From Thermoplasmata archaeon (GTDB taxonomy: Archaea; Thermoplasmatota; Thermoplasmata; GCA-020350865), in assembly GCA_020348445.1 (NCBI GenBank), contig CP070751.1, forward strand, positions 3,758,495-3,822,494: 64,000 bases of DNA, in the 5' to 3' direction. Numbering within the stretch: position 1 is the first letter of the stretch; each line of letters opens with the position of its first letter. The notes under the pieces are model-generated. The model was not told the origin of the DNA. It saw only the letters and a list, made by a program, of their open reading frames with translations, and ran no database searches. This document shows, piece after piece, positions 48,556 through 57,216 of this stretch. A program made the position numbers and the translations under genes.

Positions 48556-49346
48556 TCACTTTGGACATAGTTATATATTGGAGATGAGCCTTCGATTTTC
48601 TCCAGGCCCACCAATCCCCTGTCCCGAAGTACCACCAGGTGTTCTAGGACCTCTCTTGAGGGGGTTTTAATGTCCTGGGCTATATCTTTGACTGACCTGG
48701 ACTTTTTCATAAGTGACCTCAGAATTCTTTGTCTGAGCATCTCCTCCTCAATAATTTCATCCAGTATCCCATCAAATCGTTCATCTTCGATTTTGTTGTT
48801 GTAGACATTCCCCTTTTCAATTATGTTGTATGCTTTTGCGCAAAGTAATCTCAACCTGAAATCGTTGGCTGCATCCCTTGCTATTAACAATTGCTCCATA
48901 ATTTTCAGGTCAGGGGATTTGCCCGAGATCGGGCTTGGCCCAAGTTCCTTAATTTTGTTGGTCATGTCCTTCATTATTTCGGCAAATCTAACAGATTCTG
49001 ATGCAGAGACCCATTCCAATCTTAGCCTCTCTGGGTTCAACCCTACCCTTTGAAGCAGACTCTTGGTCATTTCTATCCTATACACTGTATGATAATTACC
49101 CTCCATGTAGTGACAGTCCCCGGGATGGCACCCGCCAATAAATACTCCATCAATACCCTGTATGAACATCTCCAGTATTATGGAAGGCTCGATTCTGGAA
49201 CTGCACATGACCCTAACGATTCTGATATTATGGGGGTACTGTATCCTGCTCACACCTGCCAAATCGGCTCCGGCATAACAGCACCAATTACAAAGGTAGC
49301 CTATTATCTTTGGATCGAACTCATCCAATGCCCCATCCCCATTCAC
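48552..49346 (-). CDS. mvhD: MvhD-wHTH fusion
   Basis: MvhD motifs plus SRSVKDIAQDIKTPSREVLEHLVVLRDRG; GTG start. Confidence 0.9.
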   Translation of the reverse strand: MNGDGALDEFDPKIIGYLCNWCCYAGADLAGVSRIQYPHNIRIVRVMCSSRIEPSIILEMFIQGIDGVFIGGCHPGDCHYMEGNYHTVYRIEMTKSLLQRVGLNPERLRLEWVSASESVRFAEIMKDMTNKIKELGPSPISGKSPDLKIMEQLLIARDAANDFRLRLLCAKAYNIIEKGNVYNNKIEDERFDGILDEIIEEEMLRQRILRSLMKKSRSVKDIAQDIKTPSREVLEHLVVLRDRGLVGLEKIEGSSPIYNYVQSD

Positions 49347-52300
49347 TTGATCTCCTCCTCAAGCAATGGCAACCCTTGAGCTATTAGCTGGTCCAAGGTG
49401 TAATGATTCATGGTAATTGCCCGCTCGGGACACGCGGCGGCACAAGAACCACAACCTTGGCAAAGGGCCTCCATGGTTCTCATTTTCTTCTTCCCTTCCA
49501 CTGGCTGTATGGCTCCATAAGGGCATACCTGCTCGCATGTTTTACATCCAATACACCTTTCCTCATCTATCCATGAGGTGATGGGTTCGTTTTGGGCAAA
49601 TCCTCTAATCATTGGAATTGCCGCCTTCATTGCGGCTCCACTTCCCTGTACAAGGGACTCGGCTATATTCTTGGGGCTCTGAAGGCATCCTGCAAGATAA
49701 ATTCCCTCGACACTGGCCTCGATGGGTGCCAGTTTGATGTGCTTTTCCATACAAAAGCCGCTTCCGCATTGAGTCACCTTAAAATGTCGAAGCAAATCAG
49801 AAGTATCAGGATGATGTGCAACCATTCCCAAAACGAGAATAACTGTGTCCACATTGAGCTCCAATTCCTCTTCTGAGAGTTCATCGAAAACGAGAATCCT
49901 GGCTGATCCCTTCAGATCTTCAACCTTTGGTTTGTTATTGAATTCATATTTTATGAACTGGACACCGAGCTCACAGGCCTTCCTGTACATCTCCTCCCCG
50001 CCTTTACCATAGGTTCTGATATCTCGGTAAAGAACCATCACATTGATTCCCATCTTTTTCAGCTGGATTGCCTGTTTCATGGTGGTTTTACAGCAGTATC
50101 TCGAGCAATCACCAATTCCTTCAGTGCCCTTGCGATCAAAGAGCCGCTCGCACAAAGGATCTCGGGAGCCTACACACATGATAAATGCTATGCTTTTTGG
50201 CTCTCTATCGTTGATTACGATCTCGCCCTTTGTGGGGCCTTCGGGATTCAGTAACCTCTCAAGGCCAATATTGCTGATTACGGTGATTGCCTCAAGGCTA
50301 TCTGGGCTGTCCTCGTAACAGTATTCCCCCTGTGGATCGTATACATCAGAGCCGATCGCCAAGACAACTGTTCCGGCCTTAAGCCGTTTAAAGTCGTTAT
50401 CAAGGTACTTGATTGATTCTGGGGTTATGGCTCCTGTGGGACATACTTCGGCACATTTACCACATTGATTGCAATCCCTGACCACGATGTTGTAAGACTT
50501 GGGCCATGAATTTGGGTGCATGTATATGGCTTTGCGTGTTGATATCCTCCTGTCAAACAGGTAATGGGATGTAACAGGACACACATCTTCACATCTACCG
50601 CATGCATCACATTTTTCAATATCCACTCCCCTTGCCCTTTGTGTTATCTCAACCTCGAAATTGCCAAGGTAGCCTTCCACATTCGTAACCTCGGATTTCA
50701 AATGGACCTTGATATTGGGTCTTCTATCTATTGCTTGGTACATCCTGTCCAATATTATATGGGATGGTTGGCTTTCTGGAAATACCTCTCCCAGCTGTGC
50801 CACCCTACCTCCGAGGTATGCGGCCTTCTCAACAAGATTCACATCAAAACCCATGTTAGCAAGGTCAATTGCACTGCGCATCCCTGCTATTCCACCTCCA
50901 ATTACCAGGGCACTTCTTTCGATCTCGATACTTTTCGGATAGAGCGGTTGTAGATAAGCAGCCTTGGCAACAACCATGCTGATAAGGTCCTTGGCCTTTT
51001 CTGTGGCTTTCTCAGGCTCCTGCATGTGAACCCAGGAGCATTGATCCCTGATATTTGCCATCTCAAATAGGAATGGATTTAGCCCGGCTTTCTCGCAGGT
51101 ATCCCTAAATATCGGTTCATGTGTTTTTGGTGTGCATGAGGCAATGACCACCCTATTTAGATTCTTTTCCTTTATCATATTTCCTAGATGTGTCTGGGAA
51201 TCCTCTGAACACGTGTAGAGATTCTCCTCGGCATAGACCACATAAGGTAGGGTATTGGCATGCTCAACCACCTTGGGCACATCCACTATACCGCCTATAT
51301 TTATGCCACACCGGCATACAAAAACACCAATTCTAAGCTCCTCTGGCTCCCCACCTTCCTCGGGTTTTGTAATATCTTCTTTTATCTCTTCCCTCTCTAT
51401 GACGTCCTTTAACCATAACATCGTCCTGGAAGCTGCGGCACTTGCCTCGGCAACACTGTCAGGAATATCCTTCGGGCCAAGGGCACAACCTGCAAGGGAG
51501 ATACCGGGTTTAGTGGAATCCACGGGCAATGCATTGATGTGCCTCTCTTTGAAAAATCCGTTTTCATCCAGTTGAATACCAAGAATCTCGGCCAATTTAC
51601 CGTTACTTTTATTGGGGATGATGGTCGTGGAAAGTATTACCAAATCCCCTTTGATTTCCATGGTCTCTCCTTTCTTTATATCACCGACCCGAACGAGGAT
51701 ATCATTAGTGTCTGGATCCTCGATAATCTCAGCAGGCTTGCCTTTTACAAAATCGATTAAGATTTCGTCTTTGGCCCTGAGATAGTAATTTTCAAAGTGC
51801 TTGCCATAGGCTCTGATATCCATGTATAAAATGTGCATCTCCTCGATATTTGGGTCATGCTCCTTGGCTATCATGGCCTCCTTTATGGAATGCATGCAGC
51901 AAACGGCAGAGCAGTAGCTGCATCTGTTAACATCACGAGAGCCGACACATTGAATAAATACAACGCTCTTCGGTGGTTTGCCGTCAGACGGTCTAAGAAT
52001 CTTGCCCTGAGTAGGACCCGATGCACTCATGAGCCTTTCGAACTCTAATGAAGAGATAATATTCACGTACTGGTCATATTTATACTGGGGAACCATGGAG
52101 GGAGGCAGGATATCGTATCCTGTGGCAACTATTATCGCACCCACATCCAATAGAATTTCTATATCCTTTTGCTCAAAGTCTATGGCACCCCGTAAGCAAG
52201 CTTTTTCGCATAACCTGCACTTCCCTTTTAAAAAATAGGTGCAATTCTCAGAATCGATGGTATATATCAACGGTACCGCCTGTGGAAATGGGATGTAAAT

Positions 52301-52696
52301 TGCCTTTCTATGGGTCATTCCCATATCAAATTCAGAGGGTACTTTCTTAGGACATTTCTCAGCACATGTTCCACAACCAGTGCACTTTTCTTCGTCGATG
52401 TACCGTGCATGCTTCAATATCTTAACTTTAAACTCCCCAGCCTTTCCTTGGCACTCCAAAAGCTCTGAATTTGCCAGAATCTCGATATTTGGATGTCTTC
52501 CAGCCTCTACTAATTTAGGCGAGAGAATGCACATAGAGCAATCGTTTGTCGGGAAGGTCTTGTCAAGTTGTGCCATCTTGCCCCCCAGTGAGGGGGACTT
52601 CTCAACAAGATATGTCTTAACACCAGCATTTGCCAAATCCAGTGCCGCTTGAACACCGGCAATACCGCCACCTATTACAAGCACACCTTTATTCAT
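49343..52696 (-). CDS. hdrA: two-FAD HdrA with two inserted ferredoxin domains (1117 aa), first gene of the array
   Basis: Two FAD motifs; inserted ferredoxin in both modules (CTGCGTCAEKCP; CDACGRCEDVCP/CNQCGKCAEVCP) plus C-terminal ferredoxin. Confidence 0.94.
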   Translation of the reverse strand: MNKGVLVIGGGIAGVQAALDLANAGVKTYLVEKSPSLGGKMAQLDKTFPTNDCSMCILSPKLVEAGRHPNIEILANSELLECQGKAGEFKVKILKHARYIDEEKCTGCGTCAEKCPKKVPSEFDMGMTHRKAIYIPFPQAVPLIYTIDSENCTYFLKGKCRLCEKACLRGAIDFEQKDIEILLDVGAIIVATGYDILPPSMVPQYKYDQYVNIISSLEFERLMSASGPTQGKILRPSDGKPPKSVVFIQCVGSRDVNRCSYCSAVCCMHSIKEAMIAKEHDPNIEEMHILYMDIRAYGKHFENYYLRAKDEILIDFVKGKPAEIIEDPDTNDILVRVGDIKKGETMEIKGDLVILSTTIIPNKSNGKLAEILGIQLDENGFFKERHINALPVDSTKPGISLAGCALGPKDIPDSVAEASAAASRTMLWLKDVIEREEIKEDITKPEEGGEPEELRIGVFVCRCGINIGGIVDVPKVVEHANTLPYVVYAEENLYTCSEDSQTHLGNMIKEKNLNRVVIASCTPKTHEPIFRDTCEKAGLNPFLFEMANIRDQCSWVHMQEPEKATEKAKDLISMVVAKAAYLQPLYPKSIEIERSALVIGGGIAGMRSAIDLANMGFDVNLVEKAAYLGGRVAQLGEVFPESQPSHIILDRMYQAIDRRPNIKVHLKSEVTNVEGYLGNFEVEITQRARGVDIEKCDACGRCEDVCPVTSHYLFDRRISTRKAIYMHPNSWPKSYNIVVRDCNQCGKCAEVCPTGAITPESIKYLDNDFKRLKAGTVVLAIGSDVYDPQGEYCYEDSPDSLEAITVISNIGLERLLNPEGPTKGEIVINDREPKSIAFIMCVGSRDPLCERLFDRKGTEGIGDCSRYCCKTTMKQAIQLKKMGINVMVLYRDIRTYGKGGEEMYRKACELGVQFIKYEFNNKPKVEDLKGSARILVFDELSEEELELNVDTVILVLGMVAHHPDTSDLLRHFKVTQCGSGFCMEKHIKLAPIEASVEGIYLAGCLQSPKNIAESLVQGSGAAMKAAIPMIRGFAQNEPITSWIDEERCIGCKTCEQVCPYGAIQPVEGKKKMRTMEALCQGCGSCAAACPERAITMNHYTLDQLIAQGLPLLEEEIK

Positions 52697-52971
52697 CTGT
52701 TACTATCACCTTCTTTGAGGCTGTCAATTTATTTTGAGCGTAAAGTATATAATGCTTTGTACTCCCATTTGGTTACTCATTGAATTATTATACTATTAAA
52801 GACTTAATAATTATTAATATACATAACTTTTTCGTTGTAATTTTTGCGATATATAGAAGAAATTATGAACAATATCAACGATTATCGTCTCATACATATC
52901 GTATAAGATATATGAAAACAGAATTCATTTAAGAATAAAAACAATTAAAAAAACTGCTTGCAATCAAGTTA

Positions 52972-53430
52972 TTATTCGGAAGCAGTTTCCACAGCTTCTA
53001 ACATCTTCAAGTATCCAACAGGAAAATCGGGCTGTTGTGCACCTCTTATTAGATAATCAAGATATAATTTGGCGGGTCTTAAGTCAGATCCACAATCTAA
53101 AGCCATATAGGTTACTGCCTCGAAATGCTCGTTGTTCCCATCCCTCACGGTAATGATGTTTCTCTGATATAGACCCTGGGGAACCCCTTCGTAATCATCA
53201 AGTATTTCCAGCTGCTTTTCTGTCAACTCGTATAACACCCCTATAACCACCATATTTTTGTCTGGGATGATATTGGCATAACCGATTTTAGGAGTAGCTG
53301 AATTTACATTAAAAACCAGGCGATGTCTCTCTAAAAACGCTATCTTTCCCTCCTCAAAATCGCCTATTCTCTCCCAAAGTCTGGCTTCATCCATGTTCGA
53401 TCCATAGGCGAAGTATTTGTACTTCTTCAC
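52972..53430 (-). CDS. gamma-glutamylcyclotransferase (AIG2/GGCT-like)
   Basis: YFAYGSNM, GVLYEL, LDDYEGVP...YQR. Confidence 0.88.
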   Translation of the reverse strand: MKKYKYFAYGSNMDEARLWERIGDFEEGKIAFLERHRLVFNVNSATPKIGYANIIPDKNMVVIGVLYELTEKQLEILDDYEGVPQGLYQRNIITVRDGNNEHFEAVTYMALDCGSDLRPAKLYLDYLIRGAQQPDFPVGYLKMLEAVETASE

Positions 53431-53597
53431 TTAATCACATCATTTTGGGCAAGGCATCCAGATTAAATAATCGTTTTGCTGAATTTGTAATTATTTTATT
53501 GGATAATCAAACAGAAGGTTTATAAAACCCCACTTTTATATAGATAAATTGCGCATTGGAGAGGGGAATCAAATATTACACATGAAAGTGGTTACAT

Positions 53598-54128
53598 ATG
53601 ACACCCGAACAGTTGAATCAAATTCTTCCGATGCTCATTATTGCTATAATTATCGAGGGTATTGGCCTTACGGCTCTCACATATTTTGTATTGAGATCTA
53701 AGGGTGAAACACCCGTGATCGAGGAGGTATTCACCGTCTATAAGGATGGTAGATTGATCAAACATGTAAGCAACAAGAATGAAAATTACCCTGATAACGA
53801 CATATTCACTGGCATGATGACGGCAGCCCAGGAATTTATAAAGGACTCTTTTGCGACCAGGGACTCCTCTGGTCTAAAGAAGATCGAATTGGGGAAGAAA
53901 AGAATTATTTTTGAGAGAGGGGACAATATCTATATGGCCCTTGTTTACACGGGCGATGCCAATGAAAAGATGAAAGATAGTATAAACAACAAAATAGAAG
54001 TCATAGAATCAAAATATGGAAATATTTTGAATAAATGGAAGGGTGACATAGGAAAATTGGATGGTATTGAAGAGATCATAAAACCTCTTCTTGATACTGA
54101 TGGTACAGAATTGGAGGATTCAATATAA
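53598..54128 (+). CDS. single-TM protein with longin/roadblock-like cytoplasmic domain
   Basis: N-terminal TM; IEEVFTVYKDGRLI...DIFTGMMTAAQEFIKDSF...LKKIELG...IIFERG pattern. Confidence 0.65.
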   Translation: MTPEQLNQILPMLIIAIIIEGIGLTALTYFVLRSKGETPVIEEVFTVYKDGRLIKHVSNKNENYPDNDIFTGMMTAAQEFIKDSFATRDSSGLKKIELGKKRIIFERGDNIYMALVYTGDANEKMKDSINNKIEVIESKYGNILNKWKGDIGKLDGIEEIIKPLLDTDGTELEDSI

Positions 54129-54167
54129 AAGCTCAGAAATAAAGAAAATGAACTATATTTGTTAGAA

Positions 54168-54548
54168 TCATCTGTACTCTAGGTACCTGAGTTTATCCCA
54201 TTCGACCTTGTGATCTATATCGTTATCAATTAAGAATTTACTGAGACTCTCTGTTACCTTAGTTATTTCGGAAGATCTGGTGTTGCCTTTTATATAAAAT
54301 TGTACATTTCCCTTTGGTACGATGGGGAATACCATCTTGGTCCTACAGTTTCTGTTGTGCCCTTCGGGTTTTCTATTCTTCTCAAGGTCCAGAAGGTTCA
54401 ACCTGATGAGCATGTAGTTTCTGTCCTCTTCCTCTTCAATCTGACCTGTTTCCGAAAGGAACCTCATGTAAAGGTCCCTATAGATAGGAACGAGGTCCTT
54501 ATACTTCATCTTCTTGGGAAATATGATGTGTCCCGTTTTAGACCGCAT
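54168..54548 (-). CDS. hypothetical protein
   Basis: 126-aa ORF with plausible composition, convergent with 53598. Confidence 0.6.
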   Translation of the reverse strand: MRSKTGHIIFPKKMKYKDLVPIYRDLYMRFLSETGQIEEEEDRNYMLIRLNLLDLEKNRKPEGHNRNCRTKMVFPIVPKGNVQFYIKGNTRSSEITKVTESLSKFLIDNDIDHKVEWDKLRYLEYR

Positions 54549-54680
54549 GATAACCCCTTTGTTCGGATGAGGTTTATCATATTTAAGATTTGTTATTAAC
54601 TTCAGGGAAAAGCGAACCTGAAAATATCAGAGATTATCTAAGGTAAATAAGATATAAAATATAAACAGGAAGAGTTTTTT

Positions 54681-55838
54681 TTACTCCTTCAAAATCCACT
54701 TCTTCCCATTTCGCATGATTCTTGGACTCTTGTTTAAAACCTCGATGATCTCCTGTATGCTCGCATCCTTGTTATCGATTAGAATGCTCTTTATGGCCCG
54801 TGGAGAAGATAGACCTTCTGGAAAGTAAGAGAGATGATATAGAATTTCATCCTCGAGCTCCTCATCAAATTCTTCTTTAATGAGCTCTTGTATTTCAATT
54901 TTATCCTCAGTGTCCTCGACAATCCCCCCTCCGTTCGGGGCCACTTCAACATATTTTTTCAATTCCTCTTCGATTATTGTGGGATTCTTAAAGCACTTTG
55001 CAATTGGATTTCCCCTGTTCTTTTTTACCCAACCTCTCACCTTCTCCTTGTCTATTTGGAGAATTTTTGAGATCTTCGAATACTTCCAGTTGTAATGGTC
55101 ATATAATGCCTTTGCTATATGATAATCCATATGTTCAAGTGTGAGTTCATCCACGATTTTACTGTATTCATTCTCCAGATACTCATCATCCTTCAGCACC
55201 CGGAAAGCGTTTTTGGGAACCCTGCGTCCGTTGATCCAGCATGTTATAGTTTCCTTGGGTATTGGCCTAAATAGATTGAAATGCTCAGTCAAGATCATAC
55301 TGATAGTTTTACCGCCTATTCTCATTCTCCCGACATTTTCTTTGGCGGTTTCATTGAGCCGAAGGGAAAGATAATAGAGCTTGTTCTCCCTTGTGGATTT
55401 AGCCGAGAGAAACTGCATGAGATTATTGAATTCCTTATCAAAAAAATCTCTGTCAATGAACAACCTTTTAACGCCTTTGGGGGTAACTCCTTCTTTCCAT
55501 GTTCGTATCGTGCTTGTGGGAATGCCTAGGTGTTTTCCGATATACTCTGGATGTAGGTTCAGATCCAGGAGTTTCACTGCTAAAAGATAGTATATGTTCT
55601 CCTGAGTTATTCTACGCCTAACATTTTTAAGTTTCTTTTCAAAGGCCCCCAACTTGAACTGTTGCTCAGCCAAAGCATGTGATTCGCCGGCCTGCATCCA
55701 GCTTTGAACCAGACCCCGGGGCTTTCCCAGATATCTGGCAACTGTGTTTGAACCGAATTTGTATCTTTTTAACATTAATGCAACCCGAAATGGCACCACA
55801 TCATCTTTTGTTTTGGTATGCATTCTTTCAACTCTCAA
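54681..55838 (-). CDS. multi-HTH repeat DNA-binding protein
   Basis: Four HTH-like units (TVARYLGKPRGLVQSW; YIGKHLGIPTSTIRTW; TISMIL...PKETITCW; KISKILQIDKEKVRGW), acidic linker, possible C-terminal wHTH. Confidence 0.7.
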   Translation of the reverse strand: MRVERMHTKTKDDVVPFRVALMLKRYKFGSNTVARYLGKPRGLVQSWMQAGESHALAEQQFKLGAFEKKLKNVRRRITQENIYYLLAVKLLDLNLHPEYIGKHLGIPTSTIRTWKEGVTPKGVKRLFIDRDFFDKEFNNLMQFLSAKSTRENKLYYLSLRLNETAKENVGRMRIGGKTISMILTEHFNLFRPIPKETITCWINGRRVPKNAFRVLKDDEYLENEYSKIVDELTLEHMDYHIAKALYDHYNWKYSKISKILQIDKEKVRGWVKKNRGNPIAKCFKNPTIIEEELKKYVEVAPNGGGIVEDTEDKIEIQELIKEEFDEELEDEILYHLSYFPEGLSSPRAIKSILIDNKDASIQEIIEVLNKSPRIMRNGKKWILKE

Positions 55839-55992
55839 AACAATTCGTACTTGAGGGCAAATAAACTATCGTTTGTTACCTGGCCAAGTGACGTAGAACC
55901 TCAATTGACTGGCTCAAAATGGATTCCCCTTGCATTTCCCTTTCAAAGAAACTTTTATATATGGAAATTTCTTACCATTTTCGGGGATAGCT

Positions 55993-57189
55993 TTGCTCAC
56001 CTATTTCGAGAGATTAAAGAAGCTAGAGGATTTTGGATTGACTGAGTATCAGGCTAGGGTTTATCTGGCCCTGTTGGAATTCGATGTTGCTACAGCAGGT
56101 CAAATTCCTGCTGCATCCAAGGTTCCTAGGACGAAGATTTACGGCATAATGAGGCAGCTTCATGATAAGGGTCTTGTACAAATCGTTCCAGAGACACCGC
56201 TTAAATACAGAGCAGTTACTTTTGATAGATATCTGGAGAAGCAGATCAAGGATATGAGAGAAAAATCCGATGAACTGGAGGCTAATAAAGAGGACTTATC
56301 AAAGGAATTTGAATTTGGACATAAAAAACCTGAAAAGCAAGGGAAATTCGAGGTACTTTATGGAAGAAGGAACGTTCGGGACAGGCTCAATAAGATATAC
56401 TCAGCGGCAAAAGAGGAGATTTTATCGATAGGTACCTCCAACAGCCCAGCCAGGATAGTAAATACGACTCTCTGGGTGATAGAGGATAAGAAGGGAATCG
56501 ATATAAAATACGCTTTTCCCGTAAATGCTGGTAACAAGGAGAAGGTGGAAAAGATAGCTAAATTTGCCCAGATCAAACACATCGACCGGGATCCCCCCAT
56601 GCATTTTGTTGTTGTAGATAATAAAGAATGCATGCTCATTCACCGTGTACCTGATGATCCCGACCCAGTGAGAGGGGATGATGTTGCGATATGGACAGAC
56701 GACGAGGCCATCGTGAGTGCAATGGACGAAATCGCCCATAGTTTTCTAAACGGGGGCGTGGGATACTCCTCCTTTAACGCACTTGGTCCAACATTGGGTA
56801 CAATCGGGAACTGGATCGACGCAACCGGTGTAAAAACTGATGAGGCACTGGTGAGCCTTGGACAGGAGATTGGAAGACAGATAGCAGGCCAATTGAGGTC
56901 AAGGAATAAAGAGCCGCTTTTAAAAGAGATCGCAAGTTTCTGGAAAAAGCACAATCTAGGAGAGGTCAAGGTAGTTAAAAAAAGGCCCCTTATCATCACA
57001 ATGGAAAACTACATGAACTGCAGAGATAGCCCAGAGATCGCCAAATCCTTGTGCGGCTTCGTTAAGGCCAGTATGGAAACCATAATCAAATCCAGATTGA
57101 ATGCGGAATGTATAGTTAAGAGAATGAGCTGTCCCGATGGGGGAAGGACCTTCTGCAGATTGGAATTGGATATTAAAAAAGGTTCTTAA
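55993..57189 (+). CDS. TrmB-family transcriptional regulator with C-terminal V4R-like domain
   Basis: LEDFGLTEYQARVYLALL...SKVPRTKIYGIMRQLHDKGLV; effector domain; Cys-containing V4R-like tail (SLCGF...SCPDGGRTFCRL); TTG start at 55993. Confidence 0.88.
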   Translation: MLTYFERLKKLEDFGLTEYQARVYLALLEFDVATAGQIPAASKVPRTKIYGIMRQLHDKGLVQIVPETPLKYRAVTFDRYLEKQIKDMREKSDELEANKEDLSKEFEFGHKKPEKQGKFEVLYGRRNVRDRLNKIYSAAKEEILSIGTSNSPARIVNTTLWVIEDKKGIDIKYAFPVNAGNKEKVEKIAKFAQIKHIDRDPPMHFVVVDNKECMLIHRVPDDPDPVRGDDVAIWTDDEAIVSAMDEIAHSFLNGGVGYSSFNALGPTLGTIGNWIDATGVKTDEALVSLGQEIGRQIAGQLRSRNKEPLLKEIASFWKKHNLGEVKVVKKRPLIITMENYMNCRDSPEIAKSLCGFVKASMETIIKSRLNAECIVKRMSCPDGGRTFCRLELDIKKGS

Positions 57190-57216
57190 CTCGATTTTGA
57201 TCACCTGGGTATTGTC

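Noticed and set aside
49350-49380. Frameshift at the C-terminus of the 1117-aa HdrA (GLPLLEEE)
   Set aside because: It aligns in register with ALAALEEV of the paralogs and keeps the normal overlap with the next gene.
20258-52652. Many plus-strand ORFs over the array (e.g. 20258-20854, 33588-34133, 34737-35243)
   Set aside because: Antisense shadows of the minus-strand genes; they recur only because the underlying paralogs recur.
16978-52696. Selenocysteine recoding in MvhA, MvhD or HdrA
   Set aside because: All ligand positions are Cys codons in uninterrupted frames; no in-frame TGA is needed.
19753-52696. Evidence of methanogenesis
   Set aside because: No mcr, mtr, fwd/fmd or hdrBC genes in the window; Hdr/Mvh-like genes are common in non-methanogens.
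52804-52817. Perfect palindrome TTAATAATTATTAA upstream of the array
   Set aside because: All A/T in a very AT-rich intergenic region, and it does not match the unit 2 repeat.
54681-55838. Homing endonuclease or transposase
   Set aside because: No LAGLIDADG, HNH, GIY-YIG or DDE motif and no flanking terminal repeats seen.
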